A DNA stretch of 31,098 nucleotides. It comes from a virus. Taxonomy: Duplodnaviria > Caudoviricetes. Numbering within the stretch: position 1 is the first letter of the stretch; each line of letters starts with the position of its first letter. The DNA lies in the IMG/VR virus record IMGVR_UViG_3300011339_000356, positions 1 to 31,098 of that record; one strand, 5' to 3'. This document shows positions 1 through 10,285 of the stretch, piece after piece. The notes below the pieces were generated by a model that did no database searches, was not told the origin of the DNA, and saw only the letters and a list, made by a program, of their open reading frames with translations. Made by a program: the position numbers and the translations under genes.

Positions 1-119
1 AACAGATGCGGCGAGATGGTAAGGTGCTGTACGCCATCAAGTACACCTGGTGGCTGCTGCGCTACGGTTATAAAATGAACCCTTACGAAGTCGAGGCACG
101 AGCCGCTGAACAACCTTGA
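1..119 (+). CDS. 3' end of a hypothetical protein (possibly DUF4157-like zincin C-terminus)
   Basis: Open frame QMRRDGKVLYAIKYTWWLLRYGYKMNPYEVEARAAEQP*. The YGYxxNPxExEA motif resembles the C-terminus of small phage HExxH proteins. The 5' part is outside the window. Confidence 0.55.
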   Translation, partial: QMRRDGKVLYAIKYTWWLLRYGYKMNPYEVEARAAEQP

Positions 120-128
120 AAGACAAAA

Positions 129-446
129 ATGACTCAAGAAGCCTTCCAACCACTTGGCCTGACAGTTAACTTTACGGGCGCAACCAGTGCCCCAACAGCT
201 GTACAGCCTGGCCCATCCAATGTGGTCAACACCAATTATCGGTTTGTCAATGTTGGCGCGGTAACTGTGTTTTTGGGCACGGGAACATCGTCAGCGTTGG
301 CTGTAACAGCAGCATCGACAACCACGGCTATCCCCCTGGTAGCTGGCGCTGTTGAAATAATGAGTTTTCCTGCGGGAACATTCTTTACAGGCATTACAGC
401 ATCCAGCACCGCGGTGGTCTACGTTACGCAGGGCCAAGGGCTGTGA
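129..446 (+). CDS. Small virion structural protein (Ala/Thr/Val-rich)
   Basis: 105-aa ORF in the morphogenesis block; its stop overlaps the next start (GTGA). Confidence 0.65.
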   Translation: MTQEAFQPLGLTVNFTGATSAPTAVQPGPSNVVNTNYRFVNVGAVTVFLGTGTSSALAVTAASTTTAIPLVAGAVEIMSFPAGTFFTGITASSTAVVYVTQGQGL

Positions 447-1411
447 CAACCCCCCAGGATATCATCAACCGGGCGCTAAAAGACGTTGGCGCTCTAGCAG
501 CTGGTGAAACCCCGGCGGCAGCTGATTCGGCAGATGCGTTCGATATGCTGAACGATATGTGCGCTCAGTGGTCAAACGAAAACATGATGGTCTTCTATAA
601 GACTGAAATCATTTTTCCAACGGTTCCCAACCAGGTGCAGTACACCATCGGCCCAGGTGGTCAGGTAGGTGCATCGTTTACAGGCTCAATTGCTGCCACC
701 ACGTTGACTGTTACTGCCATCACCTCGGGCGCAATTGCCATTGGGCAAACCTTGTCTGGCTCTGGCATCACTGCTGGCACCACCATTGTGGGCTTTACAA
801 CGGGCGCAGGCGGCAATGTGAACGAGGCAGGCACCTACACCGTCAGCATCAACCAAACAGTGCCCAGCACCACGATTGCAGGCTACTATGAGCGTCCCCT
901 AAACATTGAAAGCGCCTTTGTGCGGATTGCTACCATGCAGGGCGGCAGTCCAATTGCTGGCGGTTACCTAGACTACCCTGTGGCTATTTTGGGGGCAGAA
1001 GAATACCAGAGCATTGGCATCAAGCAGCTGAATGGGCCGTGGGCTAAGGCCATTTACTACCAGCCAAGCGAATTGCTGGGGACAATCTTTGTCTATCCCA
1101 ACCCGAGCCAAGGTGAGTTGCATCTGTTTACTCAGACCATCTTTCGGCAGTTCAATGGCTACACCGACTCCATCCAGCTGCCGCAGGGTTACAACAATGC
1201 GCTGCGGTGGTGCCTGGCAGAACGGTTGATGCCCATGTACGGCAAGACAAACACCACAACAATTGCCATGATCAACGCATTTGCTGCCCAGGCCAAGGCC
1301 ACAATCAAGCGCACCAATATGCGCCCCCCCCAAGTTTCACGTTATCCTGATTCCCTGATGGTTGGCAAAGCCAAAGATGCTGGGTTTATCATGGATGGCG
1401 GTTTCCGTTAA
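443..1411 (+). CDS. P22 gp4-like head-to-tail adaptor with an internal beta-rich insertion
   Basis: N-terminus [14 protein letters not shown]...[13 protein letters not shown] and C-terminal [22 protein letters not shown]; located upstream of the gp10-like gene. Confidence 0.75.
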   Translation: MTTPQDIINRALKDVGALAAGETPAAADSADAFDMLNDMCAQWSNENMMVFYKTEIIFPTVPNQVQYTIGPGGQVGASFTGSIAATTLTVTAITSGAIAIGQTLSGSGITAGTTIVGFTTGAGGNVNEAGTYTVSINQTVPSTTIAGYYERPLNIESAFVRIATMQGGSPIAGGYLDYPVAILGAEEYQSIGIKQLNGPWAKAIYYQPSELLGTIFVYPNPSQGELHLFTQTIFRQFNGYTDSIQLPQGYNNALRWCLAERLMPMYGKTNTTTIAMINAFAAQAKATIKRTNMRPPQVSRYPDSLMVGKAKDAGFIMDGGFR

Positions 1412-1424
1412 ATAGGATTAAATT

Positions 1425-2024
1425 ATGACTACCGTTGCCATCTCCGGTCTGCCCGTTGCCACCGTCATCAACGCTGCTGACATTGTTCCTTTTGTCCAAG
1501 CTGGCACAACCAAGAGCATCAGCAAGACGTTGCTGTTCACTAGCCCCACGATGGTTACGCCTGCGCTGGGGACGGTTGCCAGCGGGGTTATTTCTGCTTG
1601 CACCAGTACCAGCATGGTTATGGTCACTCCAGTGCTTGGTGCAGCCACCGGGACTAGCTTGGCAGTAACTGGTGCAGTCACATCATCTGGCACGGCAGGC
1701 GTAGGCTACGCAACAGGCGCTGGCGGTGCTGTAACTCAAATAACCAGCCGAACCACAGGCGTGACGCTGAACAAAACAGCTGGTTCTATTACTTTGGTGA
1801 GTGCAGCAGGATCACCTACTCTTGCATCTTTCACAGTCACGAATAGCACAGTTGCAGCAACTGATGTAATTATTATCAATCAAAAATCAGGAACTGATTT
1901 ATATGAAATAGCCATTACCGCAGTGGCAGCAGGTAGTTTCCGAGTTTCATTCTTTTCACTTGTTGGTACAACAACTGAGCAACCAGTTTTCAACTTTGCA
2001 GTGATTAAAGCTGTAGCTGCTTGA
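1425..2024 (+). CDS. Minor structural/decoration protein, paralogous to 20446..20850
   Basis: N-terminal ISGLP..T.....D.VP.VQ.G.T motif of phage fibre-type proteins. The C-terminal ~105 aa align by eye with ORF 20446..20850. SD AGGA upstream. Confidence 0.65.
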   Translation: MTTVAISGLPVATVINAADIVPFVQAGTTKSISKTLLFTSPTMVTPALGTVASGVISACTSTSMVMVTPVLGAATGTSLAVTGAVTSSGTAGVGYATGAGGAVTQITSRTTGVTLNKTAGSITLVSAAGSPTLASFTVTNSTVAATDVIIINQKSGTDLYEIAITAVAAGSFRVSFFSLVGTTTEQPVFNFAVIKAVAA

Positions 2025-2025
2025 T

Positions 2026-3714
2026 ATGCCAGATTTTGGTTTTGTCGGGACTTCCTACGAAGCCCCGTCCATTTATCAAGATGCTCAAGAGTGCATCAAT
2101 TTCTTTGCTGAAATTGACCCTCAAAAGCAGCCTGGGGAGCGTGGCGTTGTAGCGCTGTACCCAACCCCTGGCCTGACCTTGCAAACGCAGCTGGCGGTGG
2201 CAGAGGTCAGAGGGTTACACGCAATGTCGGGAGAGACAATCCTGATTGCGGTTTCTGGCTCAAGCGTGTATTCAGTCAACACCAGCATGGTGGCAACCTT
2301 AATCGGTACGCTGCTAAGCAGCACTGGCCCAGTGTCCATTAGTGACAACATCACCACCAACAACGGGTTGACTGCCTACATCGTGGATGGTGCGAACCGC
2401 TACACCTGGATTGCAGCCACAAACACTTTTGCAACCCTGTCTAGCGCTGATGGCCCTTGGCAGGGCGCAAACGTCACTGACCAGGTTGACAACTATTTCC
2501 TCTACAACGAACCAGGAACGCAAAACTGGGCCTGTAGCGACCTTGGCCTTGCCTCATCATCTTTGGCGCTTTACGGCACTGCTGATGGCTCGAGTGACCT
2601 GTTGGTGAGCCTTATTGTTGACCGCAGGCAGGTCTACCTGTTGGGTGAACGCACGACAGAGGTTTGGACTGACATTGGCAACGTGATAACTGGCATCACC
2701 ACCTTCCCGTTTCAACGGGTGCAAGGCACCAGCAGCCAGAGTGGAATTGCTGCGAGGTTTTCTTTGGCCCGGTTTGGCAACAGCTTTGTTTGCGTGGCTC
2801 GAGACACTCGGGGCGATGGCACCATTGAGATGATGGAAGGTTACACCTGGGTGCGAATTTCTACCCATGCAGTTGAGCAAACTCTCATCAACCAATACAT
2901 TTCTGACGCCATCGCCTACACCTACCAGATTGAAGGCCATGAGATGTACGTTGTTACATTTCCAAGCATCAATTTGACATGGGTTTATGATTTGTCCACC
3001 AAAAGCTGGCACAAATGGCTGGCGTTCGCAAATGGCGTCTACAGCCGCCACAGGTCAAATTGCGGTGCATTTTTTAACAGCAGATACATTGTTGGAGACT
3101 ACCAAAACGGCAAGCTCTACAGCATTGAGAATGATGTTTACACCGAAGACGGTGCCACCATTCGCAGACTGCGCCGAGCGCCTCATTTGGTTGCAGATTT
3201 CCAGCGCCAATACTTTGATGAACTGCAAATCCAATTTCAACCAGGCGTAGGGCTTGGGATCACGCCAGAGCAGACTGCTGATGGCATCATTACTGAATTG
3301 CTCAACGTCCCACCAGCTGGGCCAAGCTACCAACTCGTTGCTGAGTTTGACTGGGAGTATTTGGTGACTGAGGCCGGGGATGAGATTACGACTGAGGCAG
3401 GCGATGGGTTTGAATCCTTGGTGACGTTTGCCTACAGTGGCCCAAATACCGCAGGCGCTGAGATAGTCACTGAGCAATATCCTGCGACACCAGGCTATGA
3501 CCCCCAGGCCATGCTACGCTGGTCAAGTGATGGCGGCAGCACCTGGTCAAGTGAGCATTGGACATCAATCGGCAAGATGGGCCAGTACAGCAACCGGGCA
3601 ATCTGGCGGCGTTTGGGCTTTGGGCGTGACCGAGTGTTTGAAGTCAGCATTTCAGCGCCTGTGAAAGCCGTAATTATTTCAGCCAACTTGAAAGCATCAG
3701 CAGGGGATAACTAA
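2026..3714 (+). CDS. P22 gp10-like packaged-DNA stabilisation / tail hub protein
   Basis: 562 aa with LYPTPGL, YQIEGHEMYVVTFP..TWVYD...WH and the C-terminal MLRWSSDGGSTWS...G.Y..RAIWRRLG..RDRVFEV signature. Confidence 0.9.
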   Translation: MPDFGFVGTSYEAPSIYQDAQECINFFAEIDPQKQPGERGVVALYPTPGLTLQTQLAVAEVRGLHAMSGETILIAVSGSSVYSVNTSMVATLIGTLLSSTGPVSISDNITTNNGLTAYIVDGANRYTWIAATNTFATLSSADGPWQGANVTDQVDNYFLYNEPGTQNWACSDLGLASSSLALYGTADGSSDLLVSLIVDRRQVYLLGERTTEVWTDIGNVITGITTFPFQRVQGTSSQSGIAARFSLARFGNSFVCVARDTRGDGTIEMMEGYTWVRISTHAVEQTLINQYISDAIAYTYQIEGHEMYVVTFPSINLTWVYDLSTKSWHKWLAFANGVYSRHRSNCGAFFNSRYIVGDYQNGKLYSIENDVYTEDGATIRRLRRAPHLVADFQRQYFDELQIQFQPGVGLGITPEQTADGIITELLNVPPAGPSYQLVAEFDWEYLVTEAGDEITTEAGDGFESLVTFAYSGPNTAGAEIVTEQYPATPGYDPQAMLRWSSDGGSTWSSEHWTSIGKMGQYSNRAIWRRLGFGRDRVFEVSISAPVKAVIISANLKASAGDN

Positions 3715-4664
3715 TGGCTACTGCTATCCCCAACAGCAACATCAACATCCCGTTTAGCACGTTTCTAGACCCAATCACGGGCAGGCCAAGCCAGGAATGG
3801 TTGATGTGGTTGATGAACCCCAGTTTTATTAGCGCTAATTTGAGTGGTGCATTGCCAGTTGCCAGCGGCGGTACGGGGTTGACCACAATTCCCACTAACG
3901 GGCAGCTGTTGATTGGCAACGGCACGGGCTACGCCCTGCACACCCTGACCGCCAGCACAGGCATTACTGTAACCAATGGCGCAGGCACCATCACGGTGAC
4001 CAACAGCCTTCCAGACCAAACAGTGGTGCTAACGGGAGCTGGCACAACGGTTGTAACAGGGACTTACCCAAGTTTCACAATCACCAGCAATGATGCGTTT
4101 GTGGGCACGGTAACGTCGGTTAGTTGGACAGGCGGTATTGTGTCGGTGGCTACGCCAACCACCACGCCAGCATTTACTGTTGCTGGAACCAGTGGCGGCG
4201 TACCGTACTTTTCTAGTGGCACAGCCTGGGCTTCCTCTGGCGTGTTGACTGCAAGCAGGATAGTGCTGGGGGGCGGCGCTGGCGCTGCGCCTACGGTATT
4301 GGGCAGTTTGGGGACGACCACAACAGTGTTGCACGGCAATGCTGCTGGTGCGCCGACCTTTGGTGCGGTGTCTCTGACAGCGGATGTCACTGGAACCCTG
4401 CCAATAGCCAACGGCGGGACGGGTACAACATCTACCACCTTTGCCAGCCTGACAACCAATGTATCTGGTATCCTTCCCGTAGCAAATGGTGGCAATGGCC
4501 TGGGCGCTGCCTACACCGTGGCAACTCTGCCAGCAGCTGGTACGCAAGGCCGCAGGTCATGGGTAACTGATGCCTTGGCCCCAGCGTTTCTAGCGGCTCC
4601 AGTGGGCGGTGGTGCGGTGGTTTGCCCGGTGTTTGACAATGGCACGGCGTGGGTGGTGGGATGA
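3714..4664 (+). CDS. Tail needle/fibre-like protein (P22 gp26 position)
   Basis: N-terminal DPITGRPSQEWLMW, three LP(V/I)A(S/N)GG(T/N)G repeats and C-terminal PVFDNGTAWVVG; TAATG coupling to gp10. Confidence 0.65.
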   Translation: MATAIPNSNINIPFSTFLDPITGRPSQEWLMWLMNPSFISANLSGALPVASGGTGLTTIPTNGQLLIGNGTGYALHTLTASTGITVTNGAGTITVTNSLPDQTVVLTGAGTTVVTGTYPSFTITSNDAFVGTVTSVSWTGGIVSVATPTTTPAFTVAGTSGGVPYFSSGTAWASSGVLTASRIVLGGGAGAAPTVLGSLGTTTTVLHGNAAGAPTFGAVSLTADVTGTLPIANGGTGTTSTTFASLTTNVSGILPVANGGNGLGAAYTVATLPAAGTQGRRSWVTDALAPAFLAAPVGGGAVVCPVFDNGTAWVVG

Positions 4665-5089
4665 GCCTGGTCACACAAGTCACCAGAGAGCAGATCGAGC
4701 GCCTGCAAACTGAGATGTCAGTGTTGCCACAACTCGAGTTGGTGACCGAACACTCATTCTCGCCTGGGATGTACCTGCGGAAAGTCTACCGCCCAGCTGG
4801 GACGCTAATTGTTGGCAAGGTGCATAAAGAGCCGCATTTCTTTCTTTGTGCCAAAGGTGAAATAATTGCCTGGACTGAGGGCGGCATGAAACACTTGTAC
4901 GCTGGTGATGTGGTGGAAAGCAAACCCGGCACCAAGCGGGTAACCTTGGCGGTGACTGACGCAATCGGGGTTACGATTCACCGCACTGACAAAACAGATT
5001 TAGATGACATTGAAGCTGAATTGATTGAGCCAGACACAGCAGCATTGTTTGACTCAGCAAATAAGCTCAAAATGAAGGAATTGATATGA
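4661..5089 (+). CDS. Cupin-like protein
   Basis: EHSFSPGMYLRKVYRPAGTLIVGKVHKEPHF...PGTKRV resembles a cupin barrel. ATGA overlap supports a start at 4661. Confidence 0.65.
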   Translation: MSLVTQVTREQIERLQTEMSVLPQLELVTEHSFSPGMYLRKVYRPAGTLIVGKVHKEPHFFLCAKGEIIAWTEGGMKHLYAGDVVESKPGTKRVTLAVTDAIGVTIHRTDKTDLDDIEAELIEPDTAALFDSANKLKMKELI

Positions 5090-5937
5090 CTTTTCTTGCA
5101 GCAGCCTCATCATTAGGAACATTTGTGGCAGCAAATGCTTTGCCATTAGCAATTGGCGGTGGCGCAGTATTGGGCTACATGGGTTCGCAAGGGCAAGCAT
5201 CAGCGGCTAAAGAAGGAGCGCAACTTCAATACGCTGCCACTCAAGATGCAGCAGCTAGACAGCGGGAGATGTTTGACATCCTCAATGCTCAACAGCTGCC
5301 ATACCGCACTGCTGGACAAGGAGCGTTGACCAGCCTGCAAGATATGCTGCCGTACTTTACTGAGAAACAAGCCCCGTACCGACCGTTTACCGCAGAGGAT
5401 TTGAAATCCAACCTAGCGCCAAACTATGAGTTTATGAAGCAGCAGGGTTTGGGGGCAACAGCGCAAGCTATGAATCCAGGCGGTGGCGGCAGCAACATTG
5501 ATTTGGCACGAACAAAGTTTGCAGAAGATTACGCTGGCAATGCATACCAAAATGCTTTGGCAAACTATATGTCTCAGCAACAAAACATCTTCAACCAAGG
5601 CCAATCTGAGCGCACCAACATTTACAACAAATTGTCTAACTTGGCAGGCATTGGGCAGACCGCTACCACCAACATTGGCAATGTCGGCATTGGTACTGCT
5701 AATGCTCTTGGTCAGCTTGGAATTGGTGGTGCATCAGCCTTGGGTGCTGGCAACATTGGTGCTGCAAACGTCATGGCTGGTGGCCTGCAAGGAATCGGCA
5801 ACGCTGCAACCTTGGCATCGATGCTCAGACCCCAGGGGACAGCAGCGCAGCCAGCAGTAGATTATTCTTTAGGGTCAGGGGCGCAAGGTTTAACATTAGG
5901 CGGCGGTAATCAAGGTCTTAGATTTACCCCAGCATAG
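5086..5937 (+). CDS. DNA ejection (pilot) protein, P22 gp7-like
   Basis: Hydrophobic Gly/Ala N-terminus, Gln/Ala-rich body, PY..AG..AL and PNYEFMKQQG motifs; synteny. Confidence 0.75.
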   Translation: MTFLAAASSLGTFVAANALPLAIGGGAVLGYMGSQGQASAAKEGAQLQYAATQDAAARQREMFDILNAQQLPYRTAGQGALTSLQDMLPYFTEKQAPYRPFTAEDLKSNLAPNYEFMKQQGLGATAQAMNPGGGGSNIDLARTKFAEDYAGNAYQNALANYMSQQQNIFNQGQSERTNIYNKLSNLAGIGQTATTNIGNVGIGTANALGQLGIGGASALGAGNIGAANVMAGGLQGIGNAATLASMLRPQGTAAQPAVDYSLGSGAQGLTLGGGNQGLRFTPA

Positions 5938-5946
5938 GACAAAAAA

Positions 5947-7458
5947 ATGGCTGATTTCAACATAACCCCAATTGGCAACACGGTTAAGCCCGTGCCTGGA
6001 ATGTCGTTGTCTGACATGATGAACATGGCAACCAGCGCCCAGGCGTACCAGCAGCAGCGCCAGCTTAACCCGTTACAGCTGCAAGCCGCCGAGCAGACTG
6101 TTGAACAAGCACGGCAAATGAATCCATTGGCATTGCAAGCACAGCGACAAATTGTTGAACAAGCTGCCCAAGTCAATCCGCAATTATTGAAAAGTGCTAC
6201 TGCTGCCGCAGGCACTGCTCAATTAGGTGAAGAATCAGCAGGCTACGATGTAGCTAGTAAAAAGGTAAACATTGTTGCTAACAGGCTTACAGCACTCATA
6301 AACAACCCTTATGTTATTGCTGCTGAAAAAGACCCAAACTCAGTTTACCCAGATGGTTTGTCTAATTTGTTGCAAAGTTATGGAATGACCCAAGCCAAAG
6401 AAATGGGCATACCAATTGACCAGGCTGCTCAGTTGATACAACCATATCTTGAACAAGCTAGAAACAGGCCAGGTGAATTGAGAACTTTTTTAAAAGATAA
6501 ATTGTTAGCTACTCTTGATGTTGGAAGCCGTGTCAGCGCAATGGCACCAACAGGAATAGCAGTAAACACAGGCGCTGGTGGTGGAACTGTCAACACCAAT
6601 ATTTTTGCAGGTATGCCTCAAGGTGCTGTAATTCCAGGAACTTCTTTTGTACAGCAATTGCCACCAACAACGCAAGGGGTTGCTGCTGAAGGCCAGTTCC
6701 CTGACGTCCCTGCTGGCACACCATATTTGCTTGGCCCACAAGGGTCTGTTGGTACACAAGGCTTTGGTGCTGGTGCGCCTGCGCCGAGTAATCGCCCTGC
6801 TCTAGCTGGCCCTGGTGCTGCTGCGGCTCAAGTTGGTAGGCCGTTTGTCACAGGCCAAGCGCCAGGTGAGGGTGAGACACTTAAATCAAACGCAGCAACA
6901 GCAAGCGCAGATTGGGCAACTACATCTACAGATGCAACTGTTGCTCAACAAAGAATTGCAACACTACAGAAAATTAGGCAGCTGGCTCCTGAAGCGTTTA
7001 CAGGTGTTGGTGGGGCAAGAAAAGAATTGATAGCAGGAATTGCAAATGCAATTGGTATGACTGCTTATGAGGCAGAAAAAACAGCTACTGATGAATTAAG
7101 AAAAAATGCTAACTTATTGGCATTGGCAGGCGGCAACACTGATGCTGCACGAGCGTTGGCAGAAATGGCTAACCCCAACACAAAGATGAACGCCCAAGCA
7201 ATTAAAGAAGTGGTTAACCAGTTAATTGGCATTGAAAGCATGAAAGCTGCAAAAGCCAAATACTTAGGCCAGTATCGAAACACGCCAGACAATTACATTC
7301 AACAACTTGCTCAATTTAATGACATAGCCGATAGCAGACTTTTCCAAGAAATGACTAGAGAAGATGTAGCCAAGATGAAAGCCTCACTATCTGAAGCAGA
7401 ACTAGCTGAATTGTCAAGAAAAATTAGAGTAGCCAAAATTATGGGAGTTATAAAATAA
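5947..7458 (+). CDS. Ejection protein (P22 gp20 position)
   Basis: 503-aa Gln/Ala-rich helical ORF between the gp7-like gene and the large ejection gene. Confidence 0.6.
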   Translation: MADFNITPIGNTVKPVPGMSLSDMMNMATSAQAYQQQRQLNPLQLQAAEQTVEQARQMNPLALQAQRQIVEQAAQVNPQLLKSATAAAGTAQLGEESAGYDVASKKVNIVANRLTALINNPYVIAAEKDPNSVYPDGLSNLLQSYGMTQAKEMGIPIDQAAQLIQPYLEQARNRPGELRTFLKDKLLATLDVGSRVSAMAPTGIAVNTGAGGGTVNTNIFAGMPQGAVIPGTSFVQQLPPTTQGVAAEGQFPDVPAGTPYLLGPQGSVGTQGFGAGAPAPSNRPALAGPGAAAAQVGRPFVTGQAPGEGETLKSNAATASADWATTSTDATVAQQRIATLQKIRQLAPEAFTGVGGARKELIAGIANAIGMTAYEAEKTATDELRKNANLLALAGGNTDAARALAEMANPNTKMNAQAIKEVVNQLIGIESMKAAKAKYLGQYRNTPDNYIQQLAQFNDIADSRLFQEMTREDVAKMKASLSEAELAELSRKIRVAKIMGVIK

Positions 7459-10097
7459 TGGCAACCCTTGCTGAACTTTGGGACGATACACCAGCAGCAA
7501 AGCCGTTACCTGCTGCACCAAAGCTGACGGTTGTTCCTGTTGCCCCACCACCAGCAGCACCAGCAGCACCAACCCCACCGCCTGCACCAGCACCAGCACC
7601 AGTCCTACAAGCTGTTCCTGCGCCACCGCCAATAGCAGCTGCGCCTGCGCCTGTGCCTGCCAGAGTAACTCAACAAGAGCAGCAAGCAAGAGATCAAGAT
7701 GCCCTAGCAATACTTACGCAGGAATTAGCCAAAGCCGAGGCACAAGCTGCTGCTGGAAAACCAAGAGCCGTACAAGATGTTGCAGCAATAAAAAGAGAAA
7801 TTACCAAACGGGGGTTTGCTATTCCCGTTGCTGTTGTTAGTGCGCCAGCTGCCGCTGCCTCTGCGCCACAAAAGGGTTCTGACGTTGGTTCTTTGGGCGA
7901 TTTGTTTGACACAACAATTGCAGCAAATCAACCTGGCTCAGTGGTGCAAAAGCCTGTTGCAAAAACTGTTGGTTTTAGCATGGCTGGTCAACCATACCCT
8001 TCTGGTAGCGATGGCCCGATTTCCCTAGCTGCGCTAAAGCACTTAAAGAACCTGGGAGCCGCAACAGCATCATTGGCTGACACAACCATTGGCGGCATCA
8101 TTCCTGGGATTGCTGGGCCTGTTACATATGCTGGTGCAAGGATGTTTGGTCAAACACCGGAAGAAGCAGCTGCCGCTGAAAAATCAGTTGTTGGAGCTTT
8201 AGAAAAACCGTTTGGAAAGACATTTGGAGTTGCTGAAACGGGGGCATACAAGGGTGAATTGAGCCGTGAAATTATGGATTTCATTGGCGCAAACATTGGC
8301 AAAGGCGCTAAATACATTTCTGAGAAAACTGGGATACCAGAATCTGATGTTGCCAACATGATGGGCACTGGCCTGGTTGGTGTTGCACCGCTGGCTGGCA
8401 AGGTAGTCAAACCCGTTGCTGGGGCTGTGGGAGAAGCCCTGTATGCAGCCACCGAGCCATTGGTCAGGGATAAGACTGTGCTTGCACAGCGCCCCAAGAT
8501 TGAGCCTACCCTGCCACCGCAGCCGTTAGACGTTAACCTGCGCCCGGTTGAGGTGACGGTGCCTGGGCAAATGTCTGCCAAGATGCTTAGCGAGACTCAG
8601 GCAGCGTTTGAAAAGCGCCAACAGGCCGCTGCTGCTGCTCGAGCCGCCAACCCACCACCAGCTGCAACAACAGCGTTTGACATCCTGGGCGACAGAACAA
8701 CCCCTGCTGGGCCTGCTGTGGCATTGCCTGCTGGCGCTGCGGCTGGTGCTGGGGCTACACCTGGCAGTGTTGGAGCAGCTGGCGTCCCAACCATAACAAC
8801 AATTCAGCAAGCGCTTTTGGGTGCAAAGCCAGAATTGAAAGCCGTGCTAAGTGGTATCCCTTTTGAACAAACAAATGTGCCCACGTTTATGCGGCATATT
8901 GAAGCTGACAGTTTGCGAGTGCCTGTGCGTTTGACCGAAGGACAAGCCAGTGGCGATATTGTTAAATTATCAAACGAACAAAACAGGCGTGGTAAAGACA
9001 CTCAGTTTGCACAACGGTACAACGAACAAAATAGACAGTTAATAGAAAATATAGACGAAATCCGTGGTGGTGCTGCGCCTGATGCTTACGGCACAAAGAT
9101 CATAGAAAACAGCCAAGGCATCATTGATGCTTACAAAACCATTGACACTGCCCGTAGTGAAAAAATTAGTGCAGCATACAAAGCCTTGGAAGATGCAAAT
9201 GGCGGTCAATTTCCAATTGATGGCATCACGTTAGCAAAAAACGCAGAGACAATGCTTGGCAAAAAGTTAAAGACAGAATTTTTATCACCATCAATTAAAT
9301 CCCAACTTGAACGGTTTAAATCTGGTGAGCCAATGACGTTTGAAAACTTTGAAGCTATGCGTACCAATCTGGCAGCAGAGATTCGCAAAGCAGAACGCTC
9401 TGGCGATGGTAATGCTGCAATGGCATCAAGCATTGTGCGTGAGGCGTTAGAGCAGCTGCCGTTAACAGGCCAAGCCGCTGGAAAATTAAAACCGTTGGCT
9501 GATACTGCCCGAGGTTTGGCAAAAGAACGCTTTGATATGCTAAAAAAAGACCCGGCCTATAAAGCGGCAGTAGATGATGTTGTGCCAGCAGACAAATATT
9601 TACAAAAGTTTGTTGTCAATGGCGTAAACAAAAACATTGCTACGATGGTCAACCATCTTGGCAAAGACTCGGTAGCGCATCAGCACATGGCCTCTGGCAC
9701 AATAAACTATTTGAGAGATAAAGCTGGCATCGTAGGTGAAAACGGCAATTTTACACAAGCTGGATACAACAGAGCATTAAAAAATCTTGATGACGTAAAA
9801 AATCTGGAACAAATTTTTACACCAGAAATAGCATCAGAATTAAAAACTCTTGGCAATGTAGCACGTTACACACAAGAACAACCCCGAGGCGCATTTGTCA
9901 ACAATTCAAACACCTTGGTAGCAGCTTTGGCAGAAAAAGCAAAACAAGGCATTGGTGCTGCCGCAGAAGGTGGATTAAATTACATTGCACCAGGCTTGCA
10001 GTTAGGCACCACAGTGATGGAAATGAGAGCAAGAAGGGCAAACGCAGCTGAAGTACAAAAATCTTTAGAACTTGGTGCAGGAGCTAGAAAGAAATGA
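7458..10097 (+). CDS. Large ejection protein (P22 gp16 position)
   Basis: 879 aa, Pro/Ala-rich N-terminus, VNNSNT motif near the C-terminus; last gene before the lysis cassette. Confidence 0.65.
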   Translation: MATLAELWDDTPAAKPLPAAPKLTVVPVAPPPAAPAAPTPPPAPAPAPVLQAVPAPPPIAAAPAPVPARVTQQEQQARDQDALAILTQELAKAEAQAAAGKPRAVQDVAAIKREITKRGFAIPVAVVSAPAAAASAPQKGSDVGSLGDLFDTTIAANQPGSVVQKPVAKTVGFSMAGQPYPSGSDGPISLAALKHLKNLGAATASLADTTIGGIIPGIAGPVTYAGARMFGQTPEEAAAAEKSVVGALEKPFGKTFGVAETGAYKGELSREIMDFIGANIGKGAKYISEKTGIPESDVANMMGTGLVGVAPLAGKVVKPVAGAVGEALYAATEPLVRDKTVLAQRPKIEPTLPPQPLDVNLRPVEVTVPGQMSAKMLSETQAAFEKRQQAAAAARAANPPPAATTAFDILGDRTTPAGPAVALPAGAAAGAGATPGSVGAAGVPTITTIQQALLGAKPELKAVLSGIPFEQTNVPTFMRHIEADSLRVPVRLTEGQASGDIVKLSNEQNRRGKDTQFAQRYNEQNRQLIENIDEIRGGAAPDAYGTKIIENSQGIIDAYKTIDTARSEKISAAYKALEDANGGQFPIDGITLAKNAETMLGKKLKTEFLSPSIKSQLERFKSGEPMTFENFEAMRTNLAAEIRKAERSGDGNAAMASSIVREALEQLPLTGQAAGKLKPLADTARGLAKERFDMLKKDPAYKAAVDDVVPADKYLQKFVVNGVNKNIATMVNHLGKDSVAHQHMASGTINYLRDKAGIVGENGNFTQAGYNRALKNLDDVKNLEQIFTPEIASELKTLGNVARYTQEQPRGAFVNNSNTLVAALAEKAKQGIGAAAEGGLNYIAPGLQLGTTVMEMRARRANAAEVQKSLELGAGARKK

Positions 10098-10261
10098 GCC
10101 TTGAATCACAATTCACCAGCCATGAGGCTGTTTGCGCTGAGCGCTACGACCAGATCAACGCACGGTTAAAAAGGATTGAGGGCATCCTCATCAAGACCGC
10201 TGGAGTGCTTATCTTTAGTATGTCAGCCATCGTCTATGCAGGCCTCACGCTGCACAGGTAA
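10094..10261 (+). CDS. Small single-TM protein, XhlA/holin-like (not in ORF track)
   Basis: MSLESQFTSHEAVCAERYDQINARLKRIEGILIKTAGVLIFSMSAIVYAGLTLHR*; ATGA coupling; coiled coil followed by a TM helix. Confidence 0.7.
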   Translation: MSLESQFTSHEAVCAERYDQINARLKRIEGILIKTAGVLIFSMSAIVYAGLTLHR

Positions 10262-10285
10262 TCATGGAATTTTTCGAGGCACCAA

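Noticed and set aside
10264-10285. ATG GAA TTT TTC GAG GCA as a remnant or extra lysis gene
   Set aside because: The frame continues as an implausible peptide overlapping the 2-TM gene; too little evidence.
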